From Rotaria socialis (lineage: Eukaryota), in the NCBI GenBank assembly GCA_905331295.1, contig CAJNYD010000132.1, positions 124,001 to 188,000 of the forward strand: 64,000 bases of DNA, in the 5' to 3' direction. Position 1 is the first letter of the stretch, and each line of letters opens with the position of its first letter. The translations under genes and the position numbers were made by a program. Below the pieces are notes generated by a model. That model saw nothing but the letters and a program-made list of their open reading frames with translations, was not told the origin of the DNA and made no database searches. Below are positions 41,118-52,856 of this stretch, piece by piece.

Positions 41118-44100
41118 TTATGTTTTTTTTAAATGTTTGTAAAAAGAACTGATTTTTGTACACAAAAAATAGAAAAGTGTAGAGCTTTATCATTCCTATT
41201 TTTATAGAAATTTAATTTTAATTTGCCAAAATATTAAAAACAGGTCGTAATCTCAAGTGAATTATTTTTTAAATGATCAAAATATTGTATTATAATTAAA
41301 CAAACGAAAATCTATTGCATTCAGAGAAGTCAATGTTGCTTATAAAAAATGCAATGACAAAACTACTCAAGACTTGATCAATAAATTAAAAAGAATAATT
41401 TCAATACTTGTTTTATTCATATAGTTTCAAAAGAAATTAAACAGTCTAAATATGAACTTGTAACAAATTTGAAATAAACGATCTTATCGAAAGATTTTAT
41501 TCTATAGAAAAGTACGCAGTCAACTGACGCTGGTGTAGCTAGAATGTGTATGTATTTTTCAGAAAGTTTATTACAAGATCAATATGCAATTTTTTTAAAC
41601 TCATTTTTGTGTTTTAATCTTGTTTTTTTTCAATTTAAAATATTTTCTTGAACAAGAAAAATACAAAATGCAAAGCAGAATAAAAATATCCTTTTCATCT
41701 TCTATTTCTTATTATTTATACGTTCCTATTACATTAATATATTATTACTTCTACTTTAAGGTTATTTTATCATTGATTCTTCATGTCTCAAAAAACAAAA
41801 GTTGAACGTACACCCGTTCATGCGGGATGACAATCCATCAAAATTGAACTTTTGTTCTTTTGACACAAAAACAATTTCATTAAATTAATGTTGCAAAATT
41901 AAATCTTCTTTCAATGTTTTCCAGAGGAAAATATATATATTGTACTTATCGAATGCTTTATACACAAAACACTTCTTCCAATTGATCAAGATTTTATTAC
42001 TTTTCTCGACTCTGAGCATTCACATCTGTCGTGCATAAATGATTTTTTTGCCACTGAATTTTAACCTAGTTCCTATATTAACTATCTAAAGATTGAACCA
42101 CACTGAGACATTTCTCCACTAAACACGAGAGTTCTTTCATAAAATGACGACATGTAAATATACAACAATTAATAGATGTTATTTTACGAGTATTTCATTT
42201 AGCAACCGCTAAATAAACTAAATCTTTTCCAGGTCTTTCTTTTTCTTCACCGGAAGTCACAATTGTTCCTTACAAACAAGCAATCATGAGTTGCTACAAG
42301 ATTCACCTAAATCAGTTGTGGCTTGATCAGGCGAATATAGTTCGTTCGAGGAAGATTCTTACAATTTCAAATACCATCTTGATTATTGTTATTTAGATGT
42401 AATCGATAGTTTATACCTATGTCAAAAGCAGAATATTTTATTTTCATTTCCAATCGAAAACAATCGAGCAAGAAATACTAACAAGAATAAAAATGCATTA
42501 GTTTCATAGACGTCTAGATGAAGTATAACGGCATTGAATGAAAAAAATCATTGATAATCGTGAAAAACAATCAACACGATAATTTCATACTCGTGCTGTA
42601 AATCTGATACTGTTGCAACAAATCAATAGATAAAAGTATCCTCTTTAGATTTAAACCAGATCCTATCGCATTTCATCTTTGTCTTCGCGTTTATCAAATG
42701 GAATTGATGTTTTCTGTTTGGATAATTGCATTGTTTTGTTTCGGAAAATTTTTCAAAATCAACTCACTGCTAATCAACAGATTCACTTACTTGACAGTAG
42801 CACGCACCTCATAAGCACACTATCTGAATAAAACCTACTTTATTTATGCATATTTGCCATCTCTCAACGATAGATCGCGTATCAGATCCATTAGTATCAT
42901 AACAGGTGTTTAGATGAAGAGAGGCTGGTTCTTTACTAAGTTACAACATGTTCAAGTTATATTTAACCAAGAAAAGTATGAGAAACAAGCTTATTCTACA
43001 AAATAGAACTCTCCAAGGATCGGCATTCTCTAGAGTTGTAAAGATATTTTTTGATTGAAACAACATGTCACATGGAACTATCTGGCGATTGTCGGTTTTT
43101 TTAGGTTTTTACACTTTAAGGGAAAAATTAGAAATGCAAATTGAAGATGTTCTCAAAAACTAGCATCTTAATTAAAAAATTATTCATCCATGTAATAGCA
43201 ACACAATGGAAAGAAAAGAAAACAGAGCTCTGTCATGCTGTGCATCTTGACATGCATTTTTGCACAAGTAAAAGCAACGCAATTGTTCACAAATAAAGTT
43301 CCTTCGAAAATTCTAAATTGCACGATCAAAAGTATAAAAATGTAGGAAAAACTAAGAAAGATTTCTTGTTATTTTTTCTGACATCAATATATTTCTCAAG
43401 TAGATAATAATAGAAGCCATTAAATATGCTCGCAAATAACTCAAATTGCGAATTATAAAAGAAGCGTGCCATTTATGGCAAAACATGCCTCAAGCTGTTG
43501 TTCCGTGGGTTTATCTTAATTTCGCTACTTCTGGCAAATATTCACTTCATTTTTACGAATGATAGCTTAGATTGTGTACAACACCTGTCATATACCGCTA
43601 TATAGAAATTAATAAATGATGGGCACAAATATTTATCTCGAAAAAAAATGTAGAATTCTATTCACCTGAGTAGCTTATTAAGACAGCTAATCCAGCTTAG
43701 ATTATCTTACTCAATTTTGACATATGAAGAGGTTCATCATGGACGTTAAGCTTGATGGTTGAAGAAGATTCTTTATAATGACAACAGCAATAAGAGCCTT
43801 GTTTGAATTTGCAAGGTACCAGAGATTTAATTAATTAATAAAAGGCAACAACCACAAAAGAAAATTTCAAGAACTCTCATTAATATGAATGCATATTTGC
43901 CAATGATAGAAAAAATTACTGAAAGCTTTAAAAATTTTCTTAACTTTTAAGATTTAATATCTAATCTATGGCAATACAGAATAAAAGCTGTAGCCTTTTT
44001 TTCTAGAATAAAACTATTAGAATAGGATAACCATGAATACTGATAATGTTCGGAGTAAATGAAGGTAATCTATCAGGCTTTAAGCCTTGATTCAAACACA

Positions 44101-44359
44101 AACGATATGAATACAGGATAAAAGTTATGACTCGTTGTCCGAACATCAAAGCTATAAAGGCTTTATTTTCTGAGAAAAAAAAATTTCATCAATATTTTAA
44201 TTATTCATTACAAACGAAAGAACATCAGATAATAAAAAAAAGAGAAGAACACATATGGTTTCGGTCAAATTTTTCTCTGAATATTACTTTATACATATTA
44301 AAGATTATACACAAGGTCGAAATAGATAAATAGATAAGTGAATAAAAAGATTCTAATTG

Positions 44360-45604
44360 CTATTTTAAATCAATAAATTCTTCATCGTGTTCATTCTGAT
44401 TAGCAATGGATTCCATTTCTGTTGCTATTGATAATCCATTTTGTTCTTTTTTTAATGTTCGTAAAGCATGTTTTAATACATAAGAAACAATTTCAGCTGA
44501 TAAATCTTGATACACTATATCTTCCATATGATTGGCTGAAAAACATAGTGGTTTTATTGTTCGACGAAATTCTTCTTCGAAATTATCATCATTTGTGTTG
44601 GATATGTTATTTGCAAGTAGTGATTTTGATGCTGTGACATCGATACTTTCGCTTAAGATTTGATCAGCAAGCGTGTGAGCATTACAAATAATTTCGTTTC
44701 GATCATCAACTGAATATTGATGATAACTGTCACTATCATCGTCCGTATAAGCTGCTTCAGCAAATGAAACACTTTTCTGATGTAAATGATTTTTTATTGA
44801 TTTTTTATTTGTTGAACCATTTGACGATGAATTAAAATTTTCTTTTGATGAATTTTTCGTTTCATCATTATTTGGATTTTCAGATGTTCGTCGTTTTGTT
44901 GATGGCGATAATGAATTTCTTACTCTCTCGAATATAGTTTTAAATGAATTACTTGCATCAATATCGATTATTTCAAGTGGTGATGATGATGCTGAAGATT
45001 CTTGACGTATACGATATGATGAAGATCTGGGGTTTTGATCAGCTAAAACACGAGTTTCAGATGTTGGGCGACTTAAATCACGTTTAAAAGCAAGTAACGG
45101 ACGTGCTAGCAACAAAGAAAAAAACAATTTCTTTTAAAATAATTGTGTTTATTATATAATTCAATTAATGCCACTATTTTCATTTAACCAAAGCAATCCG
45201 TTAGATACGTTCAGATTTTTTTTTTTTCGTTCTACTAGTGCTTAATGAAATGTCACTAGAGCAGTTTGAAATGACACACACTCTATTATTTCTTACAAAA
45301 ATATTTTTGAATCGAATGATGAACAATAGGCAAGAAAGAAAATTAATAGCCTGATGTAGTTCTTAGTACTAGTAGAAACGATGTATCTGACTCTTTTTGT
45401 TTAGCGGCAAGATTAGGATTGAGATTATGTAACTTCATTTTGATAATTTCGTTATTTTTCGGAGTAGATATAATCTAAAGCACTTAGTATAAACATCGAA
45501 ATCAAATTTTCCACAAATACATATATTCAGAAAAAAAAAGAAGAAGAAGAAATAGTTTATTATTTACTCACCGATACGATGTTCGAAAGCATCGTGAAAA
45601 GCAT
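44360..45604 (-). CDS. Uncharacterised low-complexity protein with two AKAP-type helices, an RVxF and a C-terminal LIR-like motif; main exon 44360-45105, 5' exons uncertain
   Basis: Long terminal exon after CTAG|CA; candidate first exon 45572-45604 (MLFTMLSNIVS|GTGAGT); joining of intermediate exons unresolved. Confidence 0.6.
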
Positions 45605-46638
45605 TGCTATATGATTTAAGTTGACCAAATAGACTACTTTTAAATGTGTCACTGGGTGTTGCCATTGAGGTTTACAGTAAATATATGAGACTACACTAGA
45701 ATATGAAAAAAAAGAAGCGTGCAATACAAAGACGATAGAGAGAACGAGAGGAAACATCAGAAAGCAGGAAAATCCATATCATGAGTATTCATTGCTTATC
45801 TTTCTTTTCTTCTTTTTTTGCCTTTTCGTCGCTCCGAGTCTCACGACTTAATAGCAACATCTTATCGTTGTGAGTCTCTTATTTCTATTGTTTTTCTTTT
45901 TCCTTAGTGTACCCTTTCTTCTCTTTCATCATGTGCTCAATTCTCTATTGAAGCAAGTCACAGAAAAACAGCAGCACTGGGATCTATAGCTATTCACAAT
46001 AAACATGGGCGGTTCTTATTTTATGCTTCGAGGTTTTTTTCATTCTCATGTCAATATGACAAGGTTGCTCTTCTAATAAAATTAATGTAGATAGAATATG
46101 AACATGAACACGAACACACAACTTCCGTTTGTTATTTTGATCAAAATAGCTGTATAAACATATGTGTATATGAATTTTAAAAACATGTGTTGAAAAGACT
46201 TAATGAATAAACAGTCTACATGTAGTAATTTAGTTGATTGGTCTACAGATAATTCATCAAGCTTAGTTTTCTAGTTCATTAATGGTAGAACATGCTGTAT
46301 TTTCTCAATTTATATCTATATTTACTAGTGAGCGAACGAACGACAACATTCTTTTTTTTCCGAACGATGTTGATGCCTTGCCGGAAATTCTCACCAGCAT
46401 CATATTTATAAGGAAAGAAAACCGAGAGCGTTCGCAGAAGCGTTTTGGCGAGGGTAACGAGAAAAACCGACGAATTCAAGTAAATTAAATCGTTTTTCTT
46501 AATTTTATTCTCAATGTTATTTTGAGGGTAAGACAAAAATATCGATCAAAATAGTTTTACATACGTTGCTCATCTTCTCTTACTTGAAAATATCGAAGGC
46601 ACAACAGAAGTAAGAAAGAGCTCATTCTCTTTTTTATT

Positions 46639-46686
46639 CTCCCTCTCCCTCTCCCTCTCCCTCTCCCTCTCTCTCTTTCTCTCTTT
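46639..46686 (+). repeat. (CTCCCT)n/(CT)n microsatellite
   Basis: Directly visible tandem repeat. Confidence 0.8.
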
Positions 46687-47336
46687 GCTACGACCCTCAT
46701 GTTGAGTCTGACTAATAAATGGAAACGATAATAAGAAGGAAAAAGAGACGTGATGTCGCAATTCTCAACTACGATTACTCCCACTAATACGATCACGAAT
46801 GTCATTTGCCAATTGAAAAGCTCTCGTGAGCCCTTCGAGCTATTGGCAACATATAGGTATGCATGCTCTAGTCATTTTACCGAAAAAATATTATTTAGAA
46901 TAGAACTCAAGTGATACATCTTTACTTATTTATTAATATGATGGAAGCAAGAAATATTGATTTATGAATTCGTGGATTGGCTGACTGAGATAAAATCTAA
47001 TTGACGAGTCTAGCTCTAGTCGATCTTCATCTATTCAGCTTTGACGAATTGAATAAACAAGAATAGCAGTGCCCACAAGCATTCCGATGAGATGATATAA
47101 ATATTAAAAGATGTTTTCTGCTAGCTGAAATGATTACTCCATACATATTTAAATATGGTTGTATGCTTCATCCAAGAAAATATTCATTCATTCAAAAAGC
47201 TCAATAAGCAAAAAGATAATAAATATTTTAATTTTACGGCGAAATAAAAAATACATCCCATAACAATATATGTCGATTATTAATAACATCAACATGTAAT
47301 TCTGTTGATTTTTATTGACAAAAACAAAACGAAATG

Positions 47337-47802
47337 TTAACGCATCACCTTTCGATGCCGTAGTTCACCAGCCATTTGTAATGCCGCACAGCACGGACAA
47401 CATTCAGCAACACAAAAATCAGCAACATAGGAGCCCTGAAGAAAAAACAAATTAATAATTTTTTACAATTTTTCGCATGATTACTACATCTATACGGAAT
47501 GCTGTTCTTATTTTTGTTCTTAAAATAGCTAAAGAACCAGGCACACAACACGTTACCCAACAAGATTCATTCATGCGCCATGCGAGTTGACAAGTAAAAC
47601 AAGGATAACACCATACAGCATAACATGTCTCATCGCAGTGTGTTTTACAAGTACATAAATTTTGTGACCAAGGATATTCAAACTCCCATGGATTATGTTT
47701 GACATCTGAAGTTGGTTGTTTTTTTTGTATGTGAGTAGGGGAGATTTCTCTATGAACATCTGCTGATGATGGAGATACAAATTTTACGCTTGTACTAGGC
47801 AT
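47337..47802 (-). CDS. PLAC8/cornifelin-family Cys-rich protein, 137 aa; exons 47488-47802 and 47337-47435
   Basis: WSQNLCTC...CYAVWCYPC...MNESC...LRTKIRTAFRID|GSYVADFCVAECCPCCAALQMAGEL; 52-nt phase-0 intron. Confidence 0.9.
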
Positions 47803-49026
47803 ATAGAATCAGCAAAACAGCACGAAAAACAAATCAGAACGAATTGAAATCGACTGTTAGAATGTGCGTGTTGGATGATGATTAAACTGTTGTACTGATT
47901 TCAATTCAAATGCTTGTTTCTTTCTATTGACATATGATGACAAGTGTTTCATTATGTATAATTTGTTTTGCTTTTTGTTGTATTTTTTCGCGAAAAAAAA
48001 GTGTGCTGCTCTGTTTTCTTGTCATTTACGCTCGTTTCGTGCAAGTTTTAAATATTTCGAAAATGGAAATGATTGATTTTTTAAAATGAATACGTGTTGA
48101 TATTAATTCTTTTTATAAACTACTTCACCATTCTAACGTACATTTTTTACGTGGGTTGTGTAACGCTTTCATACAATTCAACTGATCGAAATTTTGATTA
48201 ATAGAAATTTAATAACTGCTATTCATACTATAATCAGATTACACGATAGTTGAAGTGTAAATAAGCAAATTAATAATTTTATGTGTTTTCCTGTAAGCAG
48301 CTATTTTATAGGTTCAAATAAAAATTAGTGCGAACGAACAAAAACAAAGCTGCTTGGTAACAATGCGAAAAATGCATCAACCGATGATGATGATGACTAG
48401 ATTGATGTTCTTGCCCGAGACAATAAGGTGAATCTGAATAATAATAAAAATAGTAATCACAGTGAAAAACACTTGAAGCGAAGTACTTACAGTTGGTGAT
48501 TTGATTTTGATTAAGAAACGAACGTATTTATATTCGATCAACATGATTTTGATCTGCTAGTGCCAAAATCTTGTATCATACTTCTTCGATAGATATCAAG
48601 ATTTAGTGCTGCGAGACATATATTGTATGTAGATAGAGATGTGTTTAATAAAATCCCTGCTGACTTACTAGTTATGTATGCAAATTCACTTAAACCAACA
48701 TGTTCGTCATAATTACGATTATCATTTTGGAAATCAGCAAAATTTCGAAACTCGTTTCTTTCAGCTTGAAAATAGATATACTATGTAGGATAGAAGTATT
48801 ACGAACCATTGATACTTGCATAATGGTGCTTTATCATTTTCAATATTATCGTATGTTTATCGAACATGAAGTTAATGAATACTAGCCTGTTGAGCGCTAT
48901 GTTTTTAACTAGCCCAGAGACTGCATCAGCACAGAGCATTATTTATTCAATGATTTATATCAATTCCTTCATGGAATTAGTCAATTTTAACTAATTATGT
49001 GTGATTGACGCGCATGATAGGTCGCT

Positions 49027-49572
49027 TGTGACGGCACAAACGCCACTGATGTTATCTGAGCACCTGTTTGTTCCTTTTTTCTAGCTTCCCTCTCTTTGTC
49101 TCTTGTTTGTTTTTGCACCTAATGTTGTCAATTCATTATTCTTATTCTTCTCTTTTTTCTTCAAGCTTCTTCATATATATCTCTTCACTGAGATATACCT
49201 ATACTCATTCTTTCAATACCTTTTGCTCATCATTCGAGCGTACCTTTTCTGACTACTATTTTTCTTCTCTATCAAAAAGAATCATGATTAATTACATATT
49301 ACCTTTCTTTCAACTAGATTGTTCCTTACAATCAATCTAACTCGATTATCCCTTACACTCGTTCCAACTCGTGTCGGCTACTTGCTTGTGGAGTTCTTTT
49401 TATTCTCAACTATCTCCGTTCATTGAATAAATTATTGAATTTTCATTCAATATGCAATACTATTGAATTTTCATTGCTGCCATTCTGCCATAACCAATAC
49501 TGTGACACCTGGCATTTTTATTAGTTGCGTTTCTGATCCTCATCAAGGCGTTACACCCCTCTCCAACCCCCT
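49027..49572 (-). mobile_element. Probable 3' LTR (~529 bp) of a truncated LTR retrotransposon with adjacent polypurine tract
   Basis: Minus strand: purine-rich GGGGGTTGGAGAGGGG directly before TGTAACGCC (49555); element ends GCCGTCACA (49027), giving TG...CA termini with an imperfect terminal inverted repeat. Internal AATAAA near 49400. No TSD and no gag/pol ORF seen. Confidence 0.6.
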
Positions 49573-51027
49573 TATATGATGCATAGCCAGCGTATACAAC
49601 CCTTTCCGGTCGGTTATTTCCCTAAAACACCATACCCTTATAGAAAAAAACGTAGTTCTATGGTAACATCCTGTTGGAAAGAAATAATTTGATTTTAAAA
49701 GTCTAAATATATTTGTACAAAAGCCTTATTTGGCCAATTAATTTACCCATGTGTTAACAATTTTCAAAGAAAAATTTACTATTCATCGATTCAAATAGTT
49801 ATCAAATAATAGAAAGTGTTTATTTAATTTTGTAGATCTGACAAAGGCAGAAGATAACGCAATTTCTGTTAGTGTTAAAATGCAAACAATACAGCACATA
49901 AATGTATACATGTAAATCTCTAGAGAGAAAGTAAAAGAAAAAATCTTCCCAATTCTAGTTTGTTATTCATAGCAATATTGAAGAAAGTAGCTGTGTGAGA
50001 AAAATTTTAATAAAAAAGCCTTTTGTACTTGAGCCATTATTTCAGACCATAAAACAATGATGATTGATCATTGAGATGCAATTCGCTTCTTTGTTAAGAA
50101 ATTCACCACACGATCGTATAGAACTGAATTTATAGGAGTAAAGAAAAAAAATAGAAAGTACTTCCTTGCTTGATTTCTTATATAAGTGAATGGAGATTTC
50201 ATTGAGATATTAGTGTAACAACAGTCGCTTCGAAAGACGATTCTTTTTATTACAAGATATATTTACCGTCGCTAAATTCGAAATGAATTTGGATGTTCAA
50301 TTGAGAGTCTTTAAATAAGAATCGTATTTATTCTTCCACATAAATCTTCGAGTATGATTGTGTCACTGTTTAAATTAAATCTCTTGGCAAAACAAGAACA
50401 TCAAATATAACTGCATCATTGATGACTTTCTAATTTCCTCTTCCTGCTTATAATTGTTTCTTTTCTACTATAACTTTCTTTTTCTCTATTGGTAGCGATG
50501 TCTTTTGTTTTCTAAAGCATGATATAGGCGATTTTCAACAGCAAATAATGATTATTTTCAATAGCTATGGAAATCGCGCATATTCGTTATTTTATTAATG
50601 CTGTTAACAGTTTCTTCTTCTCGAATTGACTTCACAAATGAAGATAAGAGACATGTAGAAAAAGACTACGCTATTTTTTAAAATCATTGTTTGACTGCGA
50701 ATGTTTTTTCATCTTTCAAAAAAAAAAGAAAAATACGTCGACGATTCTTGTTTGTTTTACTTGTGATACAGATAGTAATAGGGAAAAAGAAAAGTGAAAG
50801 AGAAAAGAAAAGAAAAGAAAGAAATTTAACAACAACAACAAAGATAAATGAAGAAACCATCGATGGACTTTTTCGCACGCGTTAAATTTCATCATCGAAT
50901 CGTTTCAACTACATTCACACGTCGAAATCAAAAGAATGACAGAGACAAAAAAAAGGAAAAGAACTTGAGAAAAATAATAACATTTTTTTTGAGTGTCTTT
51001 CTCGAAAGAATTGCGCAATTTCACTTT

Positions 51028-51842
51028 TCACAAGTCATCATCATCGTCGGGTAATGCTGCATTTTGAGCATCTACAATTTCGGCTTCATATTTTTTTATT
51101 GTTTCATTATCCATTTGAACTTCAGCTGGCTAAAATACAAAATAAAATAAAAGTTTTTTTTTGAAAATAAGAATTTCGTTGACGTAAAAGAAATTTACCA
51201 TAAGAGCAGGCATAGCAGTAAATTCGAGGTTTGGATCACCAGCTAATTTACGTGCTAACCAAAGAAATGGTTTTTCGAAATTATAATTTGATCGTGCACT
51301 AATATCATAATATTGCATATTATTTTTGCGATGAAATGTAATAGCTTTAGCCTTGACTTTACGATCTTTAACGTCAACTTTATTACCACAGAGTACAATT
51401 GGAATATTCTCACAGACACGAATTAAATCCTTATGCCAATTTGGTACATTTTTGTATGTGATACGTGACGTTACATCAAACATAATGATAGCACATTGAC
51501 CGCCAATATAATAACCATCTCGGAGACCTTAAAAAATATACATTGAATGTGATATCAATATTTTGATATCGACTTACCACCAAACTTTTCTTGACCAGCG
51601 GTGTCCCAAACATTATAAATAATTAAACCACGATTTGTTTGAAACTGAAGTGGATGGACTTCGACACCGACTGTAGCATTATATTTTTTTTCGAATTCAC
51701 CTGTTAAATGTCGTTTAACGAATGTTGTTTTTCCTACATAATAAACATGAATCATTAGTTCGTGTATAATATTTTTCGAATACATACCGACACCACCGTC
51801 ACCTACTAATACAAGTTTGAATTCGGGTGCTTGTTGAGCCAT
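51028..51842 (-). CDS. RAN: GTP-binding nuclear protein Ran, four exons
   Basis: [64 protein letters not shown] and acidic tail LPDDDDDL*. Confidence 0.98.
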
Positions 51843-52467
51843 AACTTTGTTCTAATTTATTATTGAATATGATTAATGAAGAGAACTAATGTGTGAGTGG
51901 CTTGTGATGATCTACAAAAACAAGAAGATAGTATTGAATAATTGCATGGCAATACTGAAAAACTTTTTAATGTTTTCTTGCGTAATACTATGATTAATAA
52001 ATAAGAAACTGTCAGAGAGTAAATAAAAAGATTTCTGTCACATACATAGAATCCGTACAGGTCTGTGGGAGATCATCATACAGTCTCTTTTATTCATAAA
52101 GAAAAAACTCTAACCGTTTCTCGCTGACGCTTGGGCTATGAATGAATGCACTTAGACTACGAAAAAGACAACAAAGTACAAAGACATCCATGTTTTCCCA
52201 TTCCGGCTATGATTCATAGATATCCTTTCTTCTTTACGTGCTTATTGTGCTCTACTACCTCAGTCGCGGTGGTTGTGCCAGCAACAAACAACAAAAGATG
52301 TCGCCAGTTTGACATCAAACTTCTTTGGCCAGCAAAGTTTAATAAAAAAAAAAAAAAAAAACGAAAAGAAGAAACAGAGAAAGCGCACACAAACGCCGAG
52401 AATGTCTGCCTAATATATACAAAAAAAATAATAATGAGTTCGTTGATACAAACAAAGAGTAGAAGAG

Positions 52468-52578
52468 GCACACACACACACACACACACACATCAAAGAT
52501 AGTATTTTCAGGCAAACACACAACTTACACAAAAAAAATAAAGTCTGTTTTTTTTCTGCCTCTCTCTCTCTCTCTCTC
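52468..52578 (+). repeat. (CA)n and (CT)n microsatellites in the probable SNRK 3' UTR
   Basis: Visible CA run (~52468-52492) and CT run (~52560-52578); a GA run also lies near 52770-52788. Confidence 0.75.
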
Positions 52579-52756
52579 TAAGAATTAATGTGAACAAGAA
52601 AAAGCAAAAAAGTTATGTTTAATCTTCTGAAACTAAAACACAAAAAAGAAAAAGTCGAAGTAAAGAAGTTCTATTTACAATAAAAACTGGAGAAAAAAAG
52701 GAACCGAAGTGCTTATCAGCCGCGTAGTAAGAGATATTTTGTTATGTTCACTGGTG

Positions 52757-52787
<31 letters not shown>

Positions 52788-52856
52788 GAATTAGAAAAGC
52801 GAAACGATTCACACGGGTTGTTGAAAAAAAGCGTAAAAGATGAAAGAAAAATATAT

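Noticed and set aside
43060..43510. Possible degenerate terminal inverted repeats (CACATGGAAC / GTTCCGTGGG)
   Set aside because: Match too short and no TSD.
46557..46805. RG/RE-repeat ORFs
   Set aside because: Translation of a CTCCCT/CT microsatellite.
48300..48560. Exon-like fragments on both strands
   Set aside because: Contain in-frame stops and cannot be linked to any gene.
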